Origin: a virus
Taxonomy: Duplodnaviria; Caudoviricetes
Length of the DNA: 64,000 nucleotides
Strand: one strand, 5' to 3'
IMG/VR virus record: IMGVR_UViG_3300028048_000038
Span: 320,001 to 384,000 of that record
Made by a program: the position numbers and the translations under genes. Shown here one piece after another: positions 19,687-29,800 of this stretch (the first letter of the stretch is position 1; every line of letters begins with the position of its first letter). The notes below the pieces were generated by a model. It was not told the origin of the DNA. It ran no database searches and was given only the letters and a program-made list of their open reading frames with translations.

Positions 19687-19714
19687 TATTTATATTGGAA
19701 AAGCGTTTTTGTTT

Positions 19715-20353
19715 ATGAATAATATCTATAAAAGAATAATAAGAGAAGAAATAAACAGATTAATACTTTCTGAAGCAATAGATGTTTCTCCATTATCAAA
19801 ATACATTCAACCATTGCAGAAATGTGTTTCTGACTTAAGAAACATGGGGTATTCGAATAATAAGGAAGTTGATGCATTCTTAAAGGACATATGTGAATAT
19901 ATCCTTCAAGTTATCTTCGGAATTGACAGATGTGTTAAGGCAAATAGTTTGAATGAGGATTTCAGACTATCTGACTATGGTGTGCAGTATCCAGCGGAAT
20001 TGGGTGGCAATCTATGGAATGACTTTGAGAATGGTCTTTATAAGGGTGCTAATTGGGCTAGAAGAAATCTATACAAGAGGGGATATGTTGGCAATGGTGT
20101 AAACGGTAAATCAAATGGTAACACAAACGGCAATACCAATACTAATAACCCCAATAATGTGCCAAGTGTTAAGTTAGCAGATTCACTTAGAAACTTATCA
20201 CAGATATCGCTTAGATATCAAGACCTAACAAATAAACACCCAAATGAAATGTCCCAATATAGCAACATAATATATGATGCATTAGGAAATTATATAAGCA
20301 ACTTAAATAGAGAATATAATCAGATAAAAGCAAACGCCCAAGGAAACCCTTGA
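19715..20353 (+). CDS. putative head-internal protein (LxE-motif family)
   Basis: KRIIREEINRLILSE N-terminus, internal SLNE; ATATTTATA at 19686-19694 upstream. Confidence 0.55.
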   Translation: MNNIYKRIIREEINRLILSEAIDVSPLSKYIQPLQKCVSDLRNMGYSNNKEVDAFLKDICEYILQVIFGIDRCVKANSLNEDFRLSDYGVQYPAELGGNLWNDFENGLYKGANWARRNLYKRGYVGNGVNGKSNGNTNGNTNTNNPNNVPSVKLADSLRNLSQISLRYQDLTNKHPNEMSQYSNIIYDALGNYISNLNREYNQIKANAQGNP

Positions 20354-20368
20354 GCGTTTTTCTTTTTT
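20332..20368. terminator. bidirectional intrinsic terminator
   Basis: AAACGCCCAAGG-AAAC-CCTTGAGCGTTTTT hairpin between convergent genes. Confidence 0.7.
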
Positions 20369-20620
20369 TTATAGCCCCATTTCTTCTGCAATATCATCGC
20401 CATCGAGTCCTTGACTCATGCTTGTATATTTGGAAATGTCATGTGAGGATGACCCACCTTCATTTCCACTCATTGCCTCATTTCTAGCCTCCATGTATTC
20501 ATTGTACTTATGTATGTAATATTTTCTATCCATCACTGGCATCTTCATCAATGCCTCATATGGTATTTTTACATACATGTGACAAGCGAATAACTCATCT
20601 TTAAGATTCCTCTCTGCCAT
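20369..20620 (-). CDS. small tail-assembly-associated protein (possible chaperone extension ORF)
   Basis: MAERNLKDELFACH..IPYEALMKMPVMDRKYYI; overlaps the 3' end of the upstream chaperone gene. Confidence 0.55.
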   Translation of the reverse strand: MAERNLKDELFACHMYVKIPYEALMKMPVMDRKYYIHKYNEYMEARNEAMSGNEGGSSSHDISKYTSMSQGLDGDDIAEEMGL

Positions 20621-21926
20621 CGGAGATATTGAGGAAAACAGAATCGTCCCAGTTAAGAAAGGTCTTAAATGAGCCACCTCCAAGACTCTCTGGTCTCTGA
20701 ACCTCGATATTAAAGTCAATTCCTGGTCTATTGTCATTTATATATTTTCTCAACATCAATGAATCCCTAGCTGGCATCATATTAATATACTTTCTGATGA
20801 ATTCCCTATCAGTGTTTCCATTAACAGCCACAATCTGCAACTGCATTGCGTTTGTCATAATCTTTGTAAACCTTGATTCATTAACCTTCTTAAGCTTTTC
20901 AGCCCATTTCTCAATGACAGATGTTGCAGCCTTAATTACCTTCTTATCATTTTCACCAATATATTCATCACCAACCAATGCAGCTAGAAGGGTTTCCTTT
21001 TCCTCGTTAAGCATAAATGCCTTTGTTCCTATGCTTTCAAGCTCAGTGACCTTCTTAAGCTGTTTTTCTTGTTTTCTAGTGAGATATCGGAACTTAATGG
21101 TATCCTTCTTAATTGGGGTTACATATTCGAACCAACCATTCTCATCACCAACAAGGGTAAACTCCTTTGGTTTCAATGTTGTAAGGTCAACGGTAGTTTC
21201 AATCTGTTCTCCAGTTTCTGGGTCAGCCACAACAATTGGAAAATCTGGACCGTAGCTAGTTGCTCTAAGATAAAGGACAATTGCGTCAATATCACCGCTA
21301 ACAAGGTCATCAACATTGATTTCCTTGTTCATAATCTTATTCTTAAGCAAATAATCAATTACAAGTCCATCCTTATATAAGTTTGGTGACATGATGATGT
21401 TTTCATCATATGCTGTCAAATAAGAAACTGGCACCCTATCCATCTTGTTTCTGTAACATTGTCCATTGCTAGGCAATTGAATAACATCATATTGTATCGA
21501 TGGGTCAATATCATTGAATGTTGTTTCTGTAGCAATTGTTGTCTCACTTGGAACTAAATTATCTGCACTCCAAGCAACCTCTTGTTGCGTCTCTTCCTTG
21601 ATTTGACTTTCAATAATATCTTGTTTGTTCTTCTCGTTTTCTTCCAAGATATCGAAAATTGACATATCCGTATCAAATAAATTGTCTTGGTTAATAACCT
21701 TCTTATTTGAAGCCAAAGATGTCTTGCGTGGAGCATTTGATACTGCACTTGGGTCAATTGTTTTAATATGGTCGATAACCTCTTGTTGTGCCCTCTCAAT
21801 CTGTTTCACTGAGTTCTTATTACCTCTCTCTTCAGCTTCCTTCTTGGTCTTCTCAAGCATTTCATTGTTTGCAAGAAGAGTCTTAATTTCATTCTCTTGC
21901 TCTTGTGTTAATTTCTTCTTTGCCAT
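20601..21926 (-). CDS. baseplate hub assembly / tail assembly chaperone (T4 gp26-like)
   Basis: DVIQLPSNG..Y, LTAYDENII, LVSGDIDAIVLYLRATSYG, IKFRYLT, FIRKYI..MPARDS..PGID; upstream of tape measure. Confidence 0.7.
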   Translation of the reverse strand: MAKKKLTQEQENEIKTLLANNEMLEKTKKEAEERGNKNSVKQIERAQQEVIDHIKTIDPSAVSNAPRKTSLASNKKVINQDNLFDTDMSIFDILEENEKNKQDIIESQIKEETQQEVAWSADNLVPSETTIATETTFNDIDPSIQYDVIQLPSNGQCYRNKMDRVPVSYLTAYDENIIMSPNLYKDGLVIDYLLKNKIMNKEINVDDLVSGDIDAIVLYLRATSYGPDFPIVVADPETGEQIETTVDLTTLKPKEFTLVGDENGWFEYVTPIKKDTIKFRYLTRKQEKQLKKVTELESIGTKAFMLNEEKETLLAALVGDEYIGENDKKVIKAATSVIEKWAEKLKKVNESRFTKIMTNAMQLQIVAVNGNTDREFIRKYINMMPARDSLMLRKYINDNRPGIDFNIEVQRPESLGGGSFKTFLNWDDSVFLNISDGREES

Positions 21927-21930
21927 TCTA

Positions 21931-22548
21931 TTATATTTTATCTACCAATGTTATTCTCTCAATAAACAACACAAATGTATTACCATCAATAATATCCATG
22001 ATTCTACAGTCTTCCAAGATAGCGTATGTATCTTGGTTCGCATTGTTCTTAAACTGTACTTTAAGATTCCTCTTTGGTTCTTTTGCCAATACCCAATCTT
22101 CACCTAATTGGTCTTTATACTTGTTAATGCTAGCATGTTCTCTAGTCCATAAGGATAATTCAGTCTCGAACTCTTCCTCAGAGGTATCTAAATTGAATTC
22201 AACAATCTCTAGGAATTGTTTCTGTTGCGCAAACTTGGTTATGAAGCCATCAACGGTATCACTATTACCATCAATGTCCAATAATTCACCAATACAGCTC
22301 GAAAAAGCCACTTTATCTTCGCTCTGAGAGGTTTTCTGCCCAAATTTATATGTGTGTCCATCTGTACCTTGAATAAGGCTTCCTGTGCCCTCTTTTGCAG
22401 CTAGGACAGAATTATAAACAATGTCCTTACTTTTATTGAAATCCTTAGACATGGCATCTGAATATTCGTTCTCATTGTAATAATCATTGCTCACGTCAAA
22501 GTTTCCATCATTATAATCATAGTAAGGTAAATATAACGTAACTTCCAT
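21931..22548 (-). CDS. hypothetical protein (205 aa)
   Basis: ORF in the tail operon with a late motif at 22567-22575. Confidence 0.65.
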   Translation of the reverse strand: MEVTLYLPYYDYNDGNFDVSNDYYNENEYSDAMSKDFNKSKDIVYNSVLAAKEGTGSLIQGTDGHTYKFGQKTSQSEDKVAFSSCIGELLDIDGNSDTVDGFITKFAQQKQFLEIVEFNLDTSEEEFETELSLWTREHASINKYKDQLGEDWVLAKEPKRNLKVQFKNNANQDTYAILEDCRIMDIIDGNTFVLFIERITLVDKI

Positions 22549-22589
22549 AAATTCAATTTTTTTGAAAATAAATATACAAAAATATATTT

Positions 22590-23135
22590 TTACTTAATTT
22601 TATTGATATGCCTTTTATTTTTCTTTTCAGTGATTGTAATTTTTTTATCCTCGATATATAACCTTTTCTTAAGTTCTTCCATTACCATCTTTGGATTCTC
22701 ACGAATATCTTTCTCCCAAATCCTAATAAGAGGGATTCCATGAAGCAATGCCCATTTATCCTTATGTTCGTCAACTCTCTTATTATGTTTTTGCATTGGA
22801 TTAAGTTTATCCTCCTTAACAACCCTTGGGTCTGAATGATAATATCCACCATCAATCTCAAGGAGAATCATATTTCCAGTGGTCATATTATCATTAAGAA
22901 TAATTGCAAAGTCATAGAATCTTCCAATATCCTTTGCTTCAAATTGATAGATATACTTTACACCAAGTTTATCAAGAAAATCTCTTGCAAAGTCTTCCTC
23001 AAGTTTTGACGTTCCATATTTCTGGTGATGAGGATGACGTACAGCCCCTCTAGCCGTTTTTGCCTTTGGGGTTGTACGCTTCTTTGATTTATTCTTGTTT
23101 ATGGAAGTTTTACTCTTTTTAATGACTTGTTTCAT
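22590..23135 (-). CDS. Vsr/DUF559-like PD-(D/E)XK endonuclease
   Basis: SKLEEDF, YDF, LEIDGGYYH, KD..A..GIPLIRIWE; basic N-terminus. Confidence 0.75.
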   Translation of the reverse strand: MKQVIKKSKTSINKNKSKKRTTPKAKTARGAVRHPHHQKYGTSKLEEDFARDFLDKLGVKYIYQFEAKDIGRFYDFAIILNDNMTTGNMILLEIDGGYYHSDPRVVKEDKLNPMQKHNKRVDEHKDKWALLHGIPLIRIWEKDIRENPKMVMEELKKRLYIEDKKITITEKKNKRHINKIK

Positions 23136-23901
23136 AAGTTACATCAGAATATGATACTGTCAATAATATTTTATTAAAATCGTCTCTAGTATAATCCACG
23201 CTATCTCTTTCAACACTTAGCAAATGACAATGGTGATAACGCTCTGTGTAAAGAGTAACACCAGTTGGGTCAAGATAATCAATCGAAATGCTGAATTCAA
23301 ATGTCATGTCACGTTTAAACTCTTTTGCCAAAAGCTCTGCAATAATTGGATGTTTATTCTCTTTTATGAAATTAAATACACTAATTAAAAGCTCTCCACC
23401 ACCACACAAGAAGTTAACACTCCTTACATAATACTCTGGTATCTCCAATGGTGTTCCAAATCTTACCAAGAATCTGTTACTACTGATAACATTTTCATAA
23501 GGTAGTTTGTTGCTACTAGATTTCTTATATACATCTTCATAGTTAAGATTATTACAATCATTTGAAATGTCCTTTTTAATATTCTCATCCAACTTCTTTG
23601 AGTTTGCGCCCTTCTTAATGCCATCAAAGAAGCTCTTGGAATTCTTAATAGACTTTGGCTTCTTTATCTCATCATAGAAAGAATAATCAGCCTTATTAGT
23701 CATGCCATCAATACACTCCCTTAATCTCTTGATATTCTCTTCAACATCATTAATTGCACTCTTAATAGCATCAATTGTAACCTCGCTAGAGCCTCTTTCC
23801 ATCGCCTCTACAAGCGTATTATTAAGCATCTCAAACTCTGCCATTCTTGTCTTTAATGAAGACTTTAAATCGTCTAGGGAATAACTTCTACTTGTTGCCA
23901 T
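23119..23901 (-). CDS. tail tube paralogue with N-terminal coiled-coil extension
   Basis: C-terminal half aligns by eye with the tube protein: NRFLVRF/NRWLLRF, YLDPTGV/MLDPTGV, VDYTRDD/LDYSSDD. Confidence 0.6.
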   Translation of the reverse strand: MATSRSYSLDDLKSSLKTRMAEFEMLNNTLVEAMERGSSEVTIDAIKSAINDVEENIKRLRECIDGMTNKADYSFYDEIKKPKSIKNSKSFFDGIKKGANSKKLDENIKKDISNDCNNLNYEDVYKKSSSNKLPYENVISSNRFLVRFGTPLEIPEYYVRSVNFLCGGGELLISVFNFIKENKHPIIAELLAKEFKRDMTFEFSISIDYLDPTGVTLYTERYHHCHLLSVERDSVDYTRDDFNKILLTVSYSDVTYETSH

Positions 23902-23947
23902 ATTTTTATTAATTTAAATTATTTATTCATTTTTTAAAAAATAAAAA

Positions 23948-23986
23948 AATAAGTGCAAGAAACAAATAGTTTCTCACACTTATTAT
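23948..23986 (-). terminator. intrinsic terminator
   Basis: AATAAGTGCAAGAAAC..GTTTCTCACACTTATT hairpin with a flanking A-run. Confidence 0.5.
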
Positions 23987-24008
23987 TGATTGCTTTAAAA
24001 CCTCTTTT

Positions 24009-25097
24009 TTATAAAATACTTTCTGTCAATAAAGTCTTTACACTATCAATATCTCTATTATAATCAGATTCCCAAATTTCAATTAATATTATTCCATTAT
24101 CTTTACAATATTTCCTCAATATCTCATCCTTTTCTACTTTTTCAAGTTGGAACTTGGACAATTCTTCTTTTGAGTATTTCTTTGGATTTCCGTGCCAATA
24201 GTCACCTTGAAACTCCACTATTGTATTCTTACTTGGAATATATACATCACAATAATGATGAATGTCTTTTATGTAATGTTGAGTATCAAACTCTATATTA
24301 AGTGGTTTAATACAAGTTTCAATAAATTCCTTTTCAACTTTTGATGATAAAGAAAATTCTCCACTAGTTAAAGCTTTATACATTTTTAATCTATTTGCAA
24401 TAATAGACTTTTCACTTCTCCCATTTTCTCTACATTTTTCAGCGTGTTTTTTAGACTTTGGTACATTTTTTAAAGCTTTACTAATTTTTTCATTTCTTTC
24501 CTTATCAGAGTACTTTTCCATTAATTCTTGAATTTTTTCCTCAGAAAATGTCTCGCTCCATTTTTTACCTTTATTCCACTGAACTCTCTCGCCACTTGCA
24601 TATTGTTTTCTTCTTGTTTTGGCAGAATTGAGTTTTGCTTTTTCATTGTGACCCCAGTTATTGTGTACTCTATTATGATGCCCAATTATGTATTCTTGGA
24701 AATGAGCACCACCATTATAACACATTTCAGTGTATCCACCACACCCACACTTACAAGTTGGTCTAATACCGTTATACTTGGAATCTGTTAACAGTTTTTC
24801 TTTGGTTATGTTACTTCCGTGAGTCTTATATGCAAACACATGCATACACAATCCATTGTAGGTTTCAAAACGCTCATCACAATACGGACATTTATAATCG
24901 CCATTATGTTCAACCTTATTGGTATATTCCCCAGTATATTTGAAGGTGTATCCATTCACTTGTTTTACTTTACCATTGCAACACTTAGATATAGTGGCAT
25001 TTATGCTTCCAACTGCTTTAGCTGCTTCTGTTGCTGATTCGTAGATGGCAATTTGTTTTCCATCTTTAAACTGAATAATCTGTTTCTTTAATCCCAT
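24009..25097 (-). mobile_element. free-standing homing-type endonuclease (NUMOD1 + zinc finger + Vsr-like nuclease)
   Basis: YESATEAAKAVG..ISKCCNG..GYTFKY (NUMOD1), CPYC..H..H, CKCGCG, C-terminal D..VEFQGDYWH..IEIWESD. Has its own host-type promoter near 25127-25160 and lies just downstream of the tube gene. Confidence 0.75.
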
Positions 25098-25236
25098 AAA
25101 AAAAAGATATTTACCTATATTATTTTGCGCAAATATATAGATAAATATCTTAATTTCCAAGAAATTGCAACAATTTCTTTAACTTTCCTATTCAACTATG
25201 CTATGTAAATTTTGTAACTTGCTGATTATCAAATAA

Positions 25237-25725
25237 TTAGTAACAAAGTATTGCATAGTCCATCTGCAATGTTAATGTAATCTCTGCCAAGTCATCTGAA
25301 GAATAGTCAAGGTTTCCGAAATCTGCGTCAGTAACCATTACGTTCTTCAAAATCCACTTAGATACAACAACACCAGTTGGGTCAAGCATTTCAAGCTCAA
25401 CATCACGCTTATAACCTGCAGCGTAGCCTTGACGACCAGTTACAGACTCAGAGTGAAGACGAATCCACTCCATAACTGCTTGTGAAGCAGAAGGTCCAAT
25501 TGGGTCTCTCAACGTCACTTGAATTGTAGCCCACTTGTATCTGCCAACAACGTATGTCTCTGTATTTAAGAACTCAATTGCCTTTCCTTCTTGCTGAATA
25601 TGTGGACGTGCTGCACTCTTGCACCACCACTCTTGAATACCCAAGTCGCTTGGAAATCTTAACAACCATCTATTTTTTCTCAATGGTTCATAGTTAAGAG
25701 GCATTTTCAAAAGTAAATCACTCAT
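25237..25725 (-). CDS. tail tube protein (T4 gp19-like)
   Basis: EPLRKNRWLLRF, W..IQVTLRDPI, GYAAGYKRD..LEMLDPTG..W.L; near the sheath gene. Confidence 0.85.
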   Translation of the reverse strand: MSDLLLKMPLNYEPLRKNRWLLRFPSDLGIQEWWCKSAARPHIQQEGKAIEFLNTETYVVGRYKWATIQVTLRDPIGPSASQAVMEWIRLHSESVTGRQGYAAGYKRDVELEMLDPTGVVVSKWILKNVMVTDADFGNLDYSSDDLAEITLTLQMDYAILCY

Positions 25726-25778
25726 TTTTACAAATATTTTAATCTAGATTATTTTATTATTCTTACTCTATTTTTATT

Positions 25779-25787
25779 AATAAATAT
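25779..25787 (-). promoter_or_regulatory. putative late promoter motif (tube)
   Basis: Sense-strand ATATTTATT. Confidence 0.55.
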
Positions 25788-25867
25788 AAAATACCTAGTT
25801 TTTTTCACATATTTTTTGGAATTCTTAATTATTTTCTATATATTTGCCATTACAATACGTAATATCT

Positions 25868-26248
25868 ATGATGGTAAAACTACTTTTATTGATGATTCTA
25901 GCCCACATTGCGGATGATTTCTACCTCCAAGGTAACTTGGCAAAGATGAAACAGAAGGTATGGTGGGAAAAATTATTTGAATATAAGTCATTGTATAAAT
26001 ATGACTATAAAATGGCATTATTAATACATTCAATGTCTTGGTCTATAATGATATTGGTTCCAGCAATGATATTGTTGCCCACAATATCTTCATATATACT
26101 ATTTAGTATATTTATCTTCAATGCTATAATACATTATATAGTCGATAATGAAAAGTGTAATAAACTAAGAATAAACCTTATGGCTGACCAAACAATACAC
26201 CTTCTACAAGTGATTGTAACATGGGTGTTGTTATGCCAAATGTGGTAA
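25868..26248 (+). CDS. DUF3307-like membrane protein
   Basis: AHIADDFYLQ..LAKMK, IHS, IHYIVD..K, DQTIHLL; hydrophobic; host-type promoter at about 25815-25848. Confidence 0.75.
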   Translation: MMVKLLLLMILAHIADDFYLQGNLAKMKQKVWWEKLFEYKSLYKYDYKMALLIHSMSWSIMILVPAMILLPTISSYILFSIFIFNAIIHYIVDNEKCNKLRINLMADQTIHLLQVIVTWVLLCQMW

Positions 26249-26314
26249 ATATATGTTAAATTGAGTTACAAAGGAATTGCTCATTAACAAAAACATTGAC
26301 TCTGAATACGGATT

Positions 26315-26848
26315 ATGAACGAAAAGGAATTAATATCAAAAGGTAAACATCTTGCTTTCCTTCTAAGGCACGATAAGGAAGCGTTTGAGAATGGTCTCAT
26401 TGACCATAACGGCTGGAGAAGTGTTTCAGAACTCATCAAGAATCAAGGTTATACAAAAGAACTTCTTGATGGAATTGTTGAGACAAATAATAAACAACGT
26501 TATGAATATAATGGGGACAAAACCAAGATAAGGGCAAGGCAAGGTCATTCAATTAATGTTGATGTTGGATTAACTGAAACAATACCGCCAAATACATTGT
26601 ATCACGGAACTTCAACAAAGGCATTAGAATCGATTTACAAGCAAGGAATTCTCAAAGGTGAGAGATTGTACGTCCACTTGTCAAAAGACGAAGAGACAGC
26701 CTTAAAAGTGGGTTCTAGGCACGGTACACCATATGTGCTTGAAATTAATTCTGAACAAATGTATAAGGATGGGATAAAATTCTATCTTTCAAGCAATGGA
26801 GTTTGGCTTACAGATTATGTGGATACTAAATACATAAAAAAAGCGTAG
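26315..26848 (+). CDS. kptA: RNA 2'-phosphotransferase (Tpt1/KptA family)
   Basis: LAFLLRH, KQRY, IRARQGHS, LYHGT, YVHLS, SNGVWL motifs. Confidence 0.93.
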   Translation: MNEKELISKGKHLAFLLRHDKEAFENGLIDHNGWRSVSELIKNQGYTKELLDGIVETNNKQRYEYNGDKTKIRARQGHSINVDVGLTETIPPNTLYHGTSTKALESIYKQGILKGERLYVHLSKDEETALKVGSRHGTPYVLEINSEQMYKDGIKFYLSSNGVWLTDYVDTKYIKKA

Positions 26849-26872
26849 GGAATTAAATCTCTACGCTTTTTA
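26837..26872. terminator. bidirectional intrinsic terminator
   Basis: AAAAAAGCGTAG..CTACGCTTTTT between convergent kptA and sheath genes. Confidence 0.7.
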
Positions 26873-26885
26873 TTTATAGTGTTAT

Positions 26886-29800
26886 TTAAATGTCATCAAA
26901 TGAAACTCCTTCTGGAGTGATGATGAAGTCGATTGTAATGTACTCTAATGCATTGTAAGGTTTTATGTAAATCTTACATGGAAGCTCTCTTCTCTCCCTT
27001 GACTCGATTGTATCGTTAACTTCAATTCTGTAATCAGAGATACCTCTATTGCTTCTGATGCTATCCAAGATTGGGGTTACAGTAGAAATGAATGACTGCT
27101 TAACAGTTGAATCATTTGGTTCAAAGATAAGACCAATACAAGAGATTGCAATCAACTTTCTCAATCTAAGAAGCAATCTACGAACTGCGATTCTGTTGAG
27201 CTGAGACTCGTTAATCTGTAAGTTCTTCTGGCCCCAAATCTTAGGACCGTCTTGAGCAAATGTCTTAATTGGGTTGATTCTACCCTCATAAAGAACGTCC
27301 TCATCTCCAAGCTTGGTAATGAAGTGTGCTCTCACACAATCAACGTTACCTCTTGAAATACCTGCAGGTGCGAACCAAGGATATGCTGTATTATCAGTCT
27401 GTGCAAAGTTTCTAACTGCATCCTTTGTTGCTGGAAGATAGATGTACTGATTGTTATCTTGGTCAAGATACTTAACCCAAGGATAATATGTACAACTATA
27501 GTTAGAATCAATCTCAGAATCCTCAAGATTACCAACTGCCTCATCTGGAGTGAACATTTCATCAACGTAGTCGCCAGCACCACTTGGTTTATCAGGAGTT
27601 GTAACCACATATATTGAATCAGCTCTCTCTTCCTCAATCATTTCGATTGCCTCCTCTACAAGAAGCCTATTGTTTACATAGTCTATACCTGGAGTAGCGA
27701 ATACGTTAATATCTGTTGCCTCTGGGTTAGAGAACTGTCTGATACCACTAAGGTAAGCATACCAGTCAGAGGTAATACCATTCTGATTCAATTGTAGAAG
27801 GTCTGGATTCTTAATTCTATTGAATGCATAACCCTCACCACTACCTTGGTTGATGAAGCCTCTGTACTGAGACATCTTGTAGCCATCAGTGTTGGTTCTC
27901 TGGTCTCTGTAATCATCCCATCCATCGAATCCTCCATAGAAGAATACTGTGAACTTACGAAGATTTACATACTCATAGATTGAACCGAACATATCGTCTT
28001 CAGTACCAATGATTGGTGGTTCAGACAATGTAGAAGTTCTAGAGTTTGTAGAAACGCAATCGAACTTATATCCACTTTCACCATCAACGGTGTATGCTGA
28101 GATGCCTCCATTATCAGCATCAAGTCTTGAATCAAGGTGGAAACCTCTAGTCATGAATTGTGGATTGTCAATATACGCCTTATTACCCTTGAAGGTAAAG
28201 TTGTCAATGTCTACACCAACCCAAGAAGAAAGACCGAAGTATTGTTTTCTATTCTTAATATCTGGGTCGAAGAATCTATTGTACTTTAATGTTGGGAATG
28301 CAACACTGTTTCTATCACCGTCAATTGGGAGACCGTTATACTGAGGTATAGGATAACCCAAGAAACCAGCAGGCACTGACATCTTAGCTGCTGTGGTCTC
28401 ATTTACTTCAACTGTGATGTACTTAGACTTAGATTCATATACGCCATCGAATGAGCCAATCTTATACGCAATATAGTTACTATCGCCTGGAATCATTGAG
28501 CATCTTCCAAATCTCTCAAGTGGCATAATCTGTTCATCAGCATCATCCACTCTGCGAACAATGACATCGAACAAGCCATCATCTGGTCTGATGTTCTCAA
28601 TTGATACCTTAACCTCATAGTTGGCATTGTTACCATCTGTAATTGTATGGAATCTGAACAACTTGTTAACTTCAACATGGTCAAAGTCACCCTTCAAGTT
28701 AGATACAATCCAAGGTGTAGAAGCATATCTGTATGCTGACTTGTAGTCATTCATGTCAAGCTCAACATATGCAACATCACTAGCATCCTCATTCATTCTG
28801 TAATAAAGACCGTCATAGGTGTTGAGAACCAACTTAGATGCTTTCCAATTAGTTGTATTATCGTTGTTCTTTGTTCCACCACTGAGAAGATTACCATAGA
28901 CATTGGTCAATTCAGCGCCACTAGCAATGATTTCCTCAAATCCCTCAGAATAATAACCATATTGATAAACCCTCTTACCATCAGCATTTGTATATTGCCT
29001 TACAGTGTAAATCTGTCCTGCAATAGCATCTTCACTCTTTATTTGGGTTTTTCCATTAACAACTTCAGTCAATGGCTTATTGGTCTTGTAGTTATAAGGA
29101 ACAACCTTAATGCCTAATTCATTTGATTCTTTATCAGCTAAAAATCTCATACCAACATGCTTTCTTCTAAGCGTTGTCTCAGCCATTCTCAAAAGTCCAC
29201 CAACTGGCTCATGATGACAATAATCAGCAGTATAATATACGTTAAACTGCTTCAAACTATCGTCAATCACATTAACTCTATCCTCAATGATTGCTTGGTC
29301 AAGAGCAACATCATAAAGAGACTCAACGAATATTGGAGCATCACCATCATAAGGTTTTGAGCCAAGAACGTTAAGAATGTACTCCTTATCATATGGATTA
29401 AGCGTTACTGGATACTCGAAATAACCCTTTGCAATTGCCTCTTCTCTTTCCTCAGTAGTTCCACTATATCCTTTGTTGATAATATCCCTTACCTCTGGAT
29501 TCTCTTCCGTATCACTGTATACACCTTTTACGCCAACAAGCTTGAATCTGCCGTGATTGTTCTGAGAAATATAGAAATTGGTTGAAGCGGTATCACCACT
29601 CATTCCATAACCACTACATTCATTACCATTGCTGTCCATTGGGACATAAGGCTTAATCTGAAGAGCATTCATATTATAACCGTTCTTGTCACAAATATTG
29701 GTTGCGTCACCGCTATTTGGTTTCTCACCAACAAAGTACTTAAGAACATCATATTTTGATTCCTCACAAACACAATCAGTGGTAGAACCAGTCTCATATG

